Shown here: in pieces, positions 1 through 12,256 of the stretch | Numbering within the stretch: position 1 is the stretch's first letter | Layout of the letters: every line of letters begins with the position of its first letter | DNA from: Heptranchias perlo | Taxonomy: Eukaryota | Assembly: GCF_035084215.1 (NCBI RefSeq) | Contig: NC_090337.1 | Coordinates: forward strand, 37,386,001 to 37,450,000 | Length of the DNA: 64,000 nucleotides | Reading direction: 5' to 3' | Notes under the pieces: generated by a model | Database searches by the model: none | Told to the model about the DNA's origin: nothing | Seen by the model: only the letters and a program-made list of their open reading frames with translations | Program-made: the position numbers and the translations under genes

Positions 1-1162
1 TGCCCATGCTTACAGCAGCCTGTAATTAATATCAGACATTATTTTTTGTTTGTCAATTTTCATCCCACCAGATCTCCTGAAGTCACTGGCTGCTGCTGGA
101 GTCACAACTCCACAGGTGCCAATTGCTCTCCACTACCTCATCCAAGAAGCCATTCTTCATATGGGAGCATATTCAGTATCAACAAGCTATTCAACTGCAT
201 GGAGGGAGAGGGGATCATCACAGCTGCAATGATCTGGTCCTTATCCAATATCCATACAAGCACACTTCCCACAGGGGCAGCTGGCGAGCAATCAAAAGCT
301 CGAGTTCTGGCCAATTTTCCCCTCCACAACCCAGAGGCAAAGGTACCATGAACCATGATAGGTTAAATGTCCACTTCTAAAAATGAGCGAGGATTCAAAC
401 ATCTACATTGTGCTGAGATCGCCCCGTAATGTACCTCTCCTCTGGCTATGCAAGGCTCCATCGGTAGCCCAATCTTGGCCAGCCGTCCTCCTCAGGCCCC
501 GATAACCTCGGCATGCCTCCCAGTTTTGGAACCTCTGTCTGAACTGAAAAGGTTATTTGAAAATAATTTGTGAAATTACTAACACACTTCAAAGATTTGA
601 TTTTTAATACTATACTCATTCTATCCTTATGACAGATTTTATATCGGTGCACAACTGGTAATCTCAAGCAGGTAAGATGGTCAATTTTCCATAAACACCA
701 ATACATAAGTTGGTTAGGTTTATAAGACAGTCACAGATCAGGAAGGCCATTTGGCCCATCTTAATTCATCCATCAAGCACAATTCCCTCCCTCCATTGCA
801 GCATCTAATTGTTTCTTAAATGTTTCCAGGGTTCTAACTTTCATCATTCTATGTGGAGTCACTCGAGAACTCAGACCTTTGACACTAGGGATTTGCCTTG
901 AGGCTCTTCTCTGCACTGCCTCCAACAGTTGAATGTGCGGCCAACACAGAGTGAACTGCTGAGAGTTTGGTAAGTGAGAGTTCGGTGAAGTGGGGGAAGG
1001 AGGTGCTGCTTTGCCTTGCTTTTCCTAACTTTTTCCGCAGAGCGGCAATGGACCTGAGCAGTAAAGACTGAGATTGGGGAATAAAAGCAGCAGTAGACCT
1101 GCAACAAGAGAAAACTACTGTGCGACGTCACAGGTGAGGCAGGAGAGTCCGAGAGGTGAGTC

Positions 1163-2063
1163 ATGGACACTACCAGTGTCCCTGGCGACCATGTGTGCAG
1201 GAAGTGTGTCCAGCTGCAGCTACTGGCTAACCGTATTTCGGAGCTGGAGCTGCGGATGGATTCACTGTGGAGCATCCGCAATGCTGAGACTATCATGGAT
1301 AGCACATTCAGTGAGGTGGTCACACCGCAGGTAAAGATTATGCAGGCAGAAAGGAAATGGGTGACCGCCAGGCAGAATAAAAGGACTAGGCAGGTAGAGC
1401 AGGAGTCCCCTGGGGCCATCTCCCTCTCAAACAGATATTCTGCTTTGGATACTGTCGGGGGAGATGGCTTATCAGGGGAAAGCAGCAAGAGTCAAGTTCG
1501 GGGCATCACAGGTGGCTCTGCTGCACAGGAGGGGAGGAAGAAGAGTGGCAGGGCTATAGTGATACGGGATTCATTTGTAAGGGGAAACAGACAGGCGTTT
1601 CTGTGGCCGCAAACATGACTCCAGGATGGTACGTTGCCTCCCTGGTGCTAGGGTCAAGGATGTCACGGAGCAGCTGCAGGGCATTCTGGAGGGGGGAAGG
1701 GTGAACAGCCAGTAGTCGTGGTCCATGTTGGTACCAACGACATAGGTTAAAAAAAGGGATGAAGTCCTGCAAGGTGAATTTAAGGAGTTAGGAGATAAAT
1801 TAAAAAGCAGGACTTCAAAGGTAGTGATCTCAGGATTACTACCGGTGCCACGTGCTAGTGAGTATAGGAACAGGAGAATAGACCAGATGAATGCGTGGCT
1901 GCAGGGATGGTGTAGGAGGGAGGGAATTAGATTCCTGGGACATTGGGACCGGTTCTGGGGAAGGTGGGACCTGTACAAGCGGGACGGGTTACACCCGAGC
2001 AGGACCGGGACCAATGTCCTCGTGGGGGTGTTTGCTAGTGCTGTTGGGGAAGGTTTAAACTAG
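1163..2063 (+). pseudogene. CR1 ORF1 (zinc-finger/leucine zipper + SGNH/GDSL esterase domain), frameshifted
   Basis: HVCRKC followed by heptad leucines, and SGNH blocks VIRDSFVR (GDS-like), CLPGARVKDV, VHVGTND and DGLHP across frames. Confidence 0.85.
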
Positions 2064-2304
2064 AGTGGCAGGGGGATGGGAACCTGAGAGGGGAGTCAGA
2101 AGTGAGTAAAGTTGAGAGCAGCAAGAGAGGGGAAGACCCAGGGGAAATTTACAATACAAATAGTACAAACAGTTGTTCAAGAACAAGTGAAAGGGAAAAG
2201 CGTAGAGCAGCAGAAAGTGTACTTTAGACACTACAGATAAAGTAAAAACTAGAAGGCGTAAGGCGATTAACCCAGCATCAAAGCTGAAGGTCAGGCTAGG
2301 AAGT

Positions 2305-5090
2305 GTGGCCCAACTAAGAGTTCTATATACAAATGTACGGAGTATAATGAATAAATTAAATGAACTACAGGTTCAAGTTCAAATTCAAATTGGAGGGTAT
2401 GACATGATAGCTATTACTGAGACATGGCTGCAGGATGGTCAGGATTGGGAACTAAACATACCGGGTTATAAGGTCTACAGGAAAGATAGAGAAAATGGAA
2501 GAGGGGGAGGAGTAGCCCTAATGATTAGAGATGAAATCACTTCAATGATAAAGGGGGATATAACAAGAGGTAAGCAGCCAACAGAGACTTTATGGGTTGA
2601 ATTGAGAAATAGGAAAGGATCTAAGACTGTAGTGGGAGTTGTACATAGGAGCCCTGGCAGCAGCTCTGAAGTGCTAGATTGTATAAATGCGGAGATTAGA
2701 CAAGCGTGTAAGAAAGGCATAGTGGTCTTAATGGGGGACTTTAACCTTCATATAGATTGGTTAAAGCAGACTAGCAACTGTCAGAAAGGTAGCGAATTTC
2801 TTGAGTGTGTCCGGGATAGTTTTCTATAGCAGTATGTCCTAGAGGCAACAAGGGGGCAAGCCATACTAGATTTAGTAATGAGTAATGAACCAGATTTAGT
2901 TAACGGCTTAACTGTGTGTGAACATCTATCCAATAGCGATCATAACATGATCGAGTTCAATGTAGTGTTTGAAAGGGAAAAGTGAATCAGCTGCTAAGAT
3001 TCTAGACTTGGGCGAGGCCGATTTCAATGGGATGAGACAGAGACCGTCCACAGTAAACTGGGCAAATCTGTTAATGGGTAAAACGACTGATGATCAATGG
3101 GAAATGTTTAAAGAAACATTTAACGTGATACAGAATCGGTTTATACCCCTAAGGGGCAAGAACTCTACTTGCCAAAAAAAACAGCCATGGACAACTAAAT
3201 AGGCAAGGGACAGTATAAGACATAAGGAAAGGGCATACAAAAAGGCAAAAAATGGCACAGATCCTGGCGAATGGAAAAGATACAAAGAGTCACAAAACAG
3301 ATAGTAAGAGCTACAAAAAGAGAGTATGAAAAGAAAGTCACAAGGGATATCAAAACCAATACGAAGAACTTCTATAGTTATATTAGGAAAAAGAGGGTGG
3401 TCAGGAGCAGTGTTGGCCCCTTAAAAACTGAAAGTGGGAATATTGTCATTGACAATGGGGAAATGGCGGACATGTTGAACAATTATTTTGCGTCAGTATT
3501 TACAGTCGAAAAAGAGGATAGCATGCCGAAAATCCCAAGAAAACTTATATTGAATCGGGGACAGGGACTCGATAAAATTAACATAAGTAAAGCAACAGTA
3601 ATGAAGAAAATAATAGCACTAAAGAGTGACAAATCCCCAGGACCAGATGGTTTCCATCCCAGGGTTTTAAAGGAAGTAGGTGAGCACATTGCAGATGCCC
3701 TAACTATAATCTTTCAAAGTTCTCTAGATTCAGGAACTGTCCCTCTGGATTGGAAAATTGCACATGTCACTCTGCTTTTTAAGAAAGGAGAGCGGGAAAC
3801 CAGGGAATTATAGACCAGTTAGCCTAACATCTGTTGTGGGGAAAATGCTGGAGTCTATAATTAAGGATAGGGTGACTGAACACCTCGAGAATTTTCAGTT
3901 AATCAGAGAGAGCCAGCATGGATTTGTGAAAGGTAGGTCGTGCTTGACAAACCTGATTGAATTTTTTGAAGAGGTGACTAAAGTAGTGGACAGGGGAATG
4001 TCAATGGATGTTATTTATATGGACTTCCAGAAGGCATTTGATAAGGTCCCACATAAGAGACTGTTAGCCAAGAGAGAAGCCCATGTAATCGAGGGAAAAG
4101 TACGGACTTGGTTAGGAAGTTGGCTGAGCGAAAGGTGACAGAGAATAGGGATAATGGGTAGGTACTCACATTGGCAGGATGTGACTAGTGGTGTCCCACA
4201 GGGATCTGTCTTGGGGCCTCAATTATTCACAATATTTATTAACGACTTAGATGAAGGCATAGAAAGTCTCATATCTAAGTTTGCCGATGACACAAAGATT
4301 GGTGGCATTGTAAGCAGTGTAGATGAAAACATAAAATTACAAAGCGATATTGATAGATTAGGTGAATGGGCAAAACTGTGGCAAATGGAATTCAATGTAG
4401 ACAAATGTGAGGTCATCGACTTTGGATCAAAAAAGGATAGAACAGGGTACTTTCTAAATGGTAAAAAGTTAAAAACAGTGGATGTCCAAAGGGACTTAGG
4501 GGTTCAGGTACATAGATCATTGAAGTGTCATGCACAGGTGCAGAAAATAATCAAGGCGGCAAATGGAATGCTGGCCTTTATATCTAGAGGACTCGAGTAC
4601 AAGGGGGCAGAAGTTATGCTGCAGCTATACAAAACCCTGGTTAGACCACACCTGGAGTACTGAGAGCAGTTCTGGGCACCGCACCTTCGGAAGGACATAC
4701 TGGCCTTGGAGGGAGCAGCGTAGGTTTACTCGAATGATACCCGGACTTCAAGGGTTAAGTTACGAGGAGAGATTACAGAAATTGGGGTTGTATTCTCTAG
4801 AGTTTAGAAGGTTAAGGGGTGATCTGATCGAAGTTTATCAGATATTAAGGGGAACGGATAGGGTGGATAGAGAAACTATTTCCACTGGTTGGGGATTCTA
4901 GGAGTAGGGGGCACAGTCTAAAAATTAGAGCCAGACCTTTCAGGAGTGAGGTTAGAAAACATTTCTTCACACAAAGTGTGGTAGAAGTTTGGAACTCTCT
5001 TCCACAAACGGCAATTGATACTAGCTCAATTGCTAAATTTAAATCGGAGATCGATAGCTTTTTGGCAACCAAAGGTATTAAGGGATATGG
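2305..5090 (+). pseudogene. CR1 ORF2 endonuclease/reverse transcriptase, broken into several ORFs
   Basis: ORF pieces 2305-2829, 2969-3202, 3271-3813, 3758-4138 and 4154-4663 carry consecutive EN and RT motifs. Premature stops at 2827-2829 and 4661-4663. Confidence 0.9.
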
Positions 5091-5888
5091 GCCAAAGGCA
5101 GGTATATGGAGTTAGATCACAGATCAGCCATGATCTTATCAAATGGCGGAGCAGGCACGAGGGGCTGAATGGCCTACTCCTGTTCCTATGTTCCATGTGT
5201 CTTAAAAAGAGATCTGGACACAGTACTCAAGGTGCAGTCTGGCCAGAGCACTGTACAGTTCAATCACTACTTCCTCTGACTTATATTCTACTGTTTTTGC
5301 TATGAAGTTCAACATTGCAGTGGTTGTTGGTTGTTCAACATGTCCAATCAACGCAGAGCAGCAATAAGTTTACTTGGTCTCCTTGAGCTTTTTCAACACC
5401 AATCATGGACTATTTGTGTTGCTTATTTTTCCTTCCCATGTGCCGTACTTCACAATGATCTGCGTCAATTTCATCTGCCATTGTTTTGCCCACATATTTA
5501 TTTTGTCCAACTCATTCTATAATTGATAAGCTGCGTCCTCCAATTCCACTGCCCCTCCCAGTTTGGTATCATTCGCAAATTTGACCATTTTGCATCGAGT
5601 TCTTGTACCCAGATCATGTACATAAATTACAAACAGTAATGCCTCAACACCCAGCCCTAGGGCACCCCACTCAACGCTCTTTCTACCTACCCACTCCACC
5701 CACCCCCCCAACTCCCCCCACCCACACACACAATTCTTTTAGTGAGCTCTCATTGTTTTCCCCATCTTTAACCAATTTCTTAACCACTCCCAGAATTTAA
5801 CTAAGAATCCTACAATTTGAGGTGTGCTTGCCGTTTCCTTGTACAATGTACAAATTAAACATTTCAGATTGTTAAAATTTGTCCATAC

Positions 5889-5996
5889 CCTGAACTTGTC
5901 ACTTTGGGTAGAATTTGCCACAAGATGAGTTATTTTGCCAGTATATTCTTTACGAATAGTTGCTCCCATATGATGTGCCAGGGTAACAAGATTAAG
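5889..5996 (-). CDS. ECT2: ECT2 coding exon 6 (BRCT1 region); the gene continues beyond the left edge of the window
   Basis: LNLVTLAHHMGATIRKEYTGKITHLVANSTQSDKFR resembles human ECT2 VRLVTLVHHMGGVIRKDFNSKVTHLVANCTQGEKFR. AG/GT borders, 108 nt, phase 0. Confidence 0.95.
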
Positions 5997-7017
5997 CTGC
6001 AAGTAAAAAAAGACAATTGTGCAGTCATTTTCAAATGAATTACTCTTGTAAATACAAAGGCATGGGCAACAGGGAGCTACAGATATATTTTCACATCTTT
6101 TGTAATAAAACAAAAATACTGTTCAAGTTTACAGTCAACCTATTAGTTTACCACAGGGTCCAAACACATCTAATTTTTCTTCAATAGCTATCACCCCCCC
6201 CCCCCCCCTCATATTACATTTATCAATTTATGTAGTACATCTGACATTCTTGTTTAAGCCTTTTCAAATAGCCAAAGGCTGCCACAATAATCAGCATGCA
6301 CTTGTCACCTGGCTTTCCTCAAAAATAATTACAGTTAGCATTCAAAAATGAAAGATTATCTATTACCATAACCTTCTCTGGAGCAACAAATACAATTCCA
6401 TGCAGGCTTGTGGTAAAGTTTTAAAACATTTGTCTGGACTAGACATTATTTCCTTTGATACTATTCTGCTACAACCAGAAGTACCAGGCATACTATGAAA
6501 AGCAAAACGTGCACATGAAAAAAAACTTTCATTATGCAATCAAACTCACAGATAACATTGTTCTACCATGAGTGGGGTTTACAGATAGTTAAAACAATTA
6601 CATATTCATAATGCGTTGCTATCTACCGTTGATAGCATTGTTACAGGCCCAATCGAAACAGGAGAGATTTAATCGAAACTTCAACTATTTCAACTACTTT
6701 TTCAAGGGATCTTATGTTTTGGAATATTTTTGGAGTGGGTGAAAAACATTATTGAGAATTGCAATTTAATTGATTCCTCATGAACACTTCACTAATTTAT
6801 GGATTCAGAATTGATGCTTCCTAAACACTAGATGATCACAACTTAAATAAAAAAAACATTCCATGGGGAATAGAGTGGCTCTGTAGTATACTAAAGTGGT
6901 ATTTCATGTGCCGAACGACATGACAATGCTCACTATCAAAATCCTTGTAATATAATACTTTCTGTTCACCATAAATCATTCAGTCATTAGAACTTTGACC
7001 AAAGCGTAAACTCTTAC

Positions 7018-7104
7018 CAACTTCTCTTTCTTGAATCCAGTGAAACACAAGACCAGATCCAACATACTTGTACAGTACAATGGCCGTGATGTGAAAGGCA
7101 GAGG
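7018..7104 (-). CDS. ECT2: ECT2 coding exon 5
   Basis: PLPFTSRPLYCTSMLDLVLCFTGFKKEKL vs human PLPFSCRPLYCTSMMNLVLCFTGFRKKEEL. aag|...|gtaag, 87 nt. Confidence 0.95.
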
Positions 7105-8059
7105 CTTTATGAAGCAAATAAAATATAAACTTCATTAAAGTAATCATTTAAATACTTAAATGTTGTTTCTTAGTTAACAGGTATGAAATCTTTCTCACTT
7201 TTTTAAAAAATAAAAGAATGTGGGCTGAGCCATGTCAATTTAAACTTATAAAACTTCTTGTGCCTCCTGCAGAAGTCTCTACAAGCAGACAGCAGAGGTC
7301 AAAATTGAATAGTTTGACAGTACATTTTTTTCATAACGGAGAATTAACTTGCAATTAAGTGTGGCAAAATCTTCTGGAGAACTGGAACTACTAAAGTTGA
7401 TTATATGTTTTTCTGATGTTGTTTATATTGCAAACCCACTTTTGGATTGAATACTGCAATTGCATCTAGAATTCCTGATGCTGTAGAAATTGCTCCATTT
7501 ATATTGTGGGTCAGTTTCTACAACAGGAAATCACATTTGAGCAACTGAGCACATCCAAGTTCCTCCATACAGAGGGTTAAAATAGCTAAAAGCCAAGGGT
7601 GGAATGGCTCCTCCCAAAGAGCGCGAGATTCTTTAGGATTCTCACATAAAAAGGCACCATTCACGAGAGTACTCAGGGAATCTCCCATTTTCTCACGTGG
7701 CCACTCTGCCCCTGATAACAGCAACTTTTTTCTCCAGCATGCACTACCTTCCCCAATGGCTGGAAAAGGCTCATACACACCAGATACAATTACACAACTA
7801 TCAAGAACAGAACATTCGTCTTTGCCAGTAAAAGTATATGCACTGCCAGATGCAGTGCTGCTTTGGAGATGCAAGCATACACTGAATCACTTGCTAGTGC
7901 ACACCACCTCCTATAGCAATAGCGACACATTGTTTATTTTACCATTAACTTTAGGGCTGCCATCAGTAGCAAAATAGGAAATTATATGACTATTTGAGAA
8001 ATGTACACTGCCCTACCATAGCACAACCATCAAATGAAGGGATCAAAAACATTTTACAT

Positions 8060-8610
8060 ATGGACACATACGAGATAGTCATATCTGAAGAAACACTTCA
8101 AGAGATTAAGCCAATAATAACTTGGAATATAGCACCTTTAACATGAACAAAAAATGTCCAAAAGCACTTCACAGAGGAGGAAATTAAGCACGCGCCAAGC
8201 CTTTACAGGAAGCTTAGGAAAGGTTGAACAAAGTTAGATTTTGAAAAGGCTTTTAACAGGAAGGGAGGTGAGGGGCAGAGGAATTTTGGAAGGAGGAAAG
8301 AAAGAGGGAAAATAGTTCTAGAGAATAAGGGCAAGGGAACTTGAGATTCTACCAAAGATGGGGTGGGGTAGAGGAAGAGTTACAAAGGAAGACCAGAGTC
8401 AGAGGAGATCAGAGGGTACACAAACCTGCAGAATGAAAGGTGGGAAGAGACTGTGGTTTTTAAATCTAATGCATTAGGAGTTGAGGAACAACATAGGGCA
8501 GTGTGGTGGAGTGATTAGTAAGCAGGACAGGACGCAGTTGATGACTTGGCAGTTGGGAGGCTGGCGATGACAATGGTGTGAATACTTGAAGGGAAAATTT
8601 TAACAGGGCC
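8060..8610 (-). mobile_element. Degenerate L2-like LINE 3' fragment
   Basis: Reverse complement resembles the L2 3' ends at 33000-33490 and 60200-60830. Highly decayed. Confidence 0.45.
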
Positions 8611-8611
8611 A

Positions 8612-8706
8612 TGGAGAAAGAGCAGGGGAATGGGACTAATTGGATAGCTCTTTCAAAGAACCGCCACAGGCACGATTAGCCGGATGGCCTCCTCCTGTGC
8701 TGTACC
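8612..8706 (+). mobile_element. Short CR1 3'-tail fragment
   Basis: ggagaaagagcaggggaatgggact...gccggatggcctcctcctgtgctgta is a CR1 3'-UTR signature. Confidence 0.6.
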
Positions 8707-9565
8707 TGCTACAATACTATGAATAAGATTTTTAATGGCAGTGGAGGTAAGGCAAGGGTGGATGCTTGTAGTGTTGCAGAGCTCAGCTGCTTTGAAGCCT
8801 ATGATGTTGAGAATATGCAGCAAACAAGGACATCCATGCAGCTGCAGCATCTTCACAGGAGTTACAAAATAGCAATTGCAGCTGTGATATTTCAGATCTA
8901 CTGATGCCAGTCTTTGGGTCGACCACTTGCATTTTCTCCTCCAGTGCAGAAGACGGACATTCCTCAATTTCACTAATTCAAACCCTCAAGGTAAAGCAGC
9001 CAAATAGAAGGTAGATTCACTTAACTGCAGCAGTTATTGCTCAAATTGAAGTTTTTGTAAGGACTTCACTGTACTGAACCTTGGCATACCAAAATTCTGG
9101 ATCTCGTACAGGCTGTTTGCCTGCCTGACCCCTGATCATACCAAAGAGTGGTTAGTTTCTCCACTCAGGTAGTTGAATTTTAATTACGCGCTTCTCTCCA
9201 TCCATCTGATTCCCAGCTTATATTCGTCAACATACACCCCACAGCACTTAATGCAAATTCAAATTTAAAACTGTGCTGGAGCACTGTTCATCAGTGAGGG
9301 GAGCAGAGAATGTGTTGTCTGTAAGGCTAGCTAGTAATTTGCTTCAAAAGCAAAACAGAAAATGAGTCAGAGTAAGAGCACTTTAGAATATTATCCTGAT
9401 TAAAATTAAACAGCACAATAACTCCTGGGGCTTCTAGCAATTTATAAGTTAATAAAATCACTGAGGAGGGTTCTGTTTTTTCTCCCTCTTCTCCCCGGCC
9501 TCCCCACAAAAATTTTGAAAATCACATTATTTATCACACACAAGTACATTGATGTTTAACTATAC

Positions 9566-9745
9566 CTCTCCTTTTCTCGCACAGTGAAGCACAATGGGAG
9601 GTCCCAGGATTCTAGTGTCCATCTTGCGCAAGGTCTCATAAGGCTGGCCTTCGAATTCTCCCAACACAAATATAGTCTCAAATTCAGCATTTTCTTCAAC
9701 AAAATCTTCCACTCTTTCCAACTTAACGAATGGCAGCTTGACTTC
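9566..9745 (-). CDS. ECT2: ECT2 coding exon 4
   Basis: EVKLPFVKLERVEDFVEENAEFETIFVLGEFEGQPYETLRKMDTRILGPPIVLHCARKGE aligns with human DIKVGFVKMESVEEF...RVIGPPVVLNCSQKGE. tag|...|gtata, 180 nt. Confidence 0.95.
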
Positions 9746-11885
9746 CTAAATCATTGTAAACATGAAAGAAAAATCAGAAACAAATCCTGTGCAGTGCCTA
9801 CTGCATGGTGCAGAATAGAAGAATAAATCTCATCACCTATACTAAAAAAAAAATCTCCATCAGATTAATTTTGTAAATTACATATTATTACATCAGGATT
9901 GCATTTTACAGTTTTGGATTTAAAAAAACTCAGCTCCTCCAAAGCTTCCTTAAAAGCAGGAACTAAGTGTCACAAAACATATTTGAAAGTTCTTTATCTG
10001 AATGCACCTAGCATTCGTAACAAAATGGACGAGTTAACGGCACAAATAACTACGTATGGGTATGATCTTGTGGCCATTACAGAAACATAGCTGCAGGGTG
10101 ACAACGACTGGGAATTAAATATGCCAGGTTATTTAACAATCAGGAAGGACAGGCAGGAAGGAAGGGGAGGTGGGGTGGCTATGTTAGTAAAGGAAGGAAT
10201 CACTAATACAGAGAAATGACATTGGGACAAAGGATCAGGATAATGAAACAGTTTGGGTAGAGATAAGGAATAATAAGGGGAACAAAACACTAGTGGGCAT
10301 AGTATTTGGCCTCCTAATAGTTGCAACTCTGCTGGAAGAAGTATTAATCAGGAAATAGTCAGGGCATGTAATAAGGGAACAGCTATAATTATGGGGGATT
10401 TTAACTATCATATTAACTGGACAAATCAAATTGGGCAGGGCAGCCTTGAGGAAGAGTTTATTGAGTGTATTAGGGATGGATTTCTTGAGCAGTATGTAAC
10501 TGATCCTACAAGGGGGAAAGCAACCTTGGACCTGGTCCTGTGTAATGAGCCAGGATTAATTAATAATGTCCTAGTTAAGGATCCCCTTGGAATGAGTGAC
10601 CATAACATGGTTACATTCCATATCCAATGAGAGGGTGAGAAGGTTGGTTCTCAAACAAGCGTACTGAGCTTGAATAAAGGAGACTATGATGGTATGAGAG
10701 CGGAATTGATTAAAGTGGACTGGGAAAATAGATTAAAGGGTAAGACGGTACATGAGCGGTGGTGTTCATTCAAGGAGTTATTTTACAACTTTCAAAAAAT
10801 ATATATTCCACTGAGGAAAAAAGGGTGTAAAAGAAATGACAGCCATCCGTGGCTAAGTAAAGAAGTTAAGGATAGTATCCGACTAAAAACAAGGACATAT
10901 AAGGTAGCCAAACTTAGTGGGAGGATAGAAGATTGGGAAGTCTTCAAAAGACAGCAAAGAGTAACTAAAGGATTGATTAAGAAAGGGAAGATAGATTATG
11001 AAAATAAATTAGCAAAAAATATAAAAACAGATAGCAAGAGTTTCTATAGTTATATAAAAAGAAAAAGGGTGGCTAAGACAAACATAGGTCCCTTAGAGGA
11101 TGAGACCGGGAAATTAATGGTGGGAAACATTGAAATGGCAAAAATGCTGAACAAATATTTTGTTTCAGTCTTTACGGTAGAGGACACTAAGAATATCCCA
11201 ACACTGGACAAACAGGGGGCTCGAGGGGCGGGGGCGGGGAGGAGCTAAATACGATTAAAATCACTAAGGAATTGGTACTCAGTAAAATAATGGGACTCAA
11301 GGCGGATAAATCCCCTGGACCTGATGGCTTACATCCTAGGGTCTTGAGGGAAGTGGCAGTAGGGATTGTGGATGCTTTGGTAATAATTTTCCAAAATTCT
11401 CTGGACTCGGCAAAGGTCCCGGCAGATTGGAAAACTGCTAATGTAACACCCTTATTTAAAATGGGTAGTAGGCAGAAGGCTGGAAATTATAGACCAGTTA
11501 GCCTAACATATGTGGTGGGTAAAATTTTGGAATCTATTATCAAGGAGGCAGTAGCGGAACATTTGGATAAACATAATTTAATAGGACAAAGTCAGCATGG
11601 CTTTACGAAGGGGAAGTCATGTCCGACAAATTTGCTTGAGTTCTTTGAGGACATAACGTGCAGGGTGGATAAAGGGGAACCAGTGGATGTAGTGTATTTA
11701 GACTTCCAGAAGGCATTCGACAAGGTGCCACATAAAAGATTATTGCTCAAGATAAAGCATCACTGGATTGGGGGTAATATTCTGGCATGGGTGGAGGATT
11801 GGTTATCTAACAGGAAGCAGAGAGTTGGGATAAACGGTTCATTCTCGGACTGGCAACCAGTAGCCAGAGGTATTGCTGCAGTTAT

Positions 11886-12256
11886 GAGGACGGCCTCAAC
11901 CGGGATCTTGGGTTCATGTCACGCTACACGTAACCCCACCAGCAAAAAGGGGGAAAAAAATTTATATGTTTTTTAAAATTCTCTCTCTCTCTCTCTCTGC
12001 CATTTTAAGTTTCTTTCTGCCTGCCTGTGTAAAAGACACAATGTATATCGAGTGTACTGGGACGTGCTGTTCTCCGTGACTGGCCTGTTTGAATAACAAC
12101 GACACCTTTTGATTGGTGTGATGCTGTCCCAACATCGTATAAGATATGCGATTTGAGAACCTTTTCATTCAATCATCTGACGAAGGAGATAATCTCCGAA
12201 AGCTTGTGATTTAAAAATAAATTTGTTGGACTATAACCTGGTGTTGTAAGATTCCT
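11886..12256 (+). mobile_element. Penelope-like retroelement 3' fragment flanked by a 9-bp TSD
   Basis: Begins with EDGLNRDLGFMSRYT* (GLN-type GIY-YIG C-terminus of Penelope/Poseidon ORFs). TGCAGTTAT is duplicated at 11877-11885 and 12257-12265. Contains a hammerhead core. Confidence 0.8.
12171..12211 (+). ncRNA. Minimal type-I hammerhead ribozyme
   Basis: AAUCAU-CUGACGA-A-GGAGA-UAA-UCUCC-GAAA-GCUU-GUGAUU: intact core, stem I AAUCAU/GUGAUU, stem II GGAGA/UCUCC, palindromic AGCU in place of stem III. Confidence 0.8.

Larger units (their letters stand above)
870..5200 (+). mobile_element. Near full-length CR1-clade LINE (5'UTR, ORF1, ORF2, 3' tail), inactivated by stops and frameshifts
   Basis: ORF1 with Cys motif, leucine zipper and esterase. 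ORF2 has APE endonuclease (YTNVRS, ITETW, MGDFN, SDHN) and RT (NYRPVSLTS, QHGF, DFQKAFDKVPH, GVPQGSVLGP, FADDTK). CR1 3' end cctactcctgttcctatgtt at ~5173-5192. 5' end approximate. Confidence 0.92.
730..5670 (-). mobile_element. Old degenerate CR1 LINE 3' fragment (minus strand), split by the young CR1 insertion; pieces at ~730-860 and ~5200-5670
   Basis: Minus-strand KMVKFANDTKLGGAVE (FADD-like RT motif) near 5590-5550. CR1 3'-end-like sequence (gaaggccatttggcccatc) at ~742. Ends approximate. Confidence 0.55.

Noticed and set aside
446-706. Minus-strand ORF as the next ECT2 exon
   Set aside because: No similarity to the expected VAVSLGTPIMKPEWIYKAW segment; that exon must lie outside the window.
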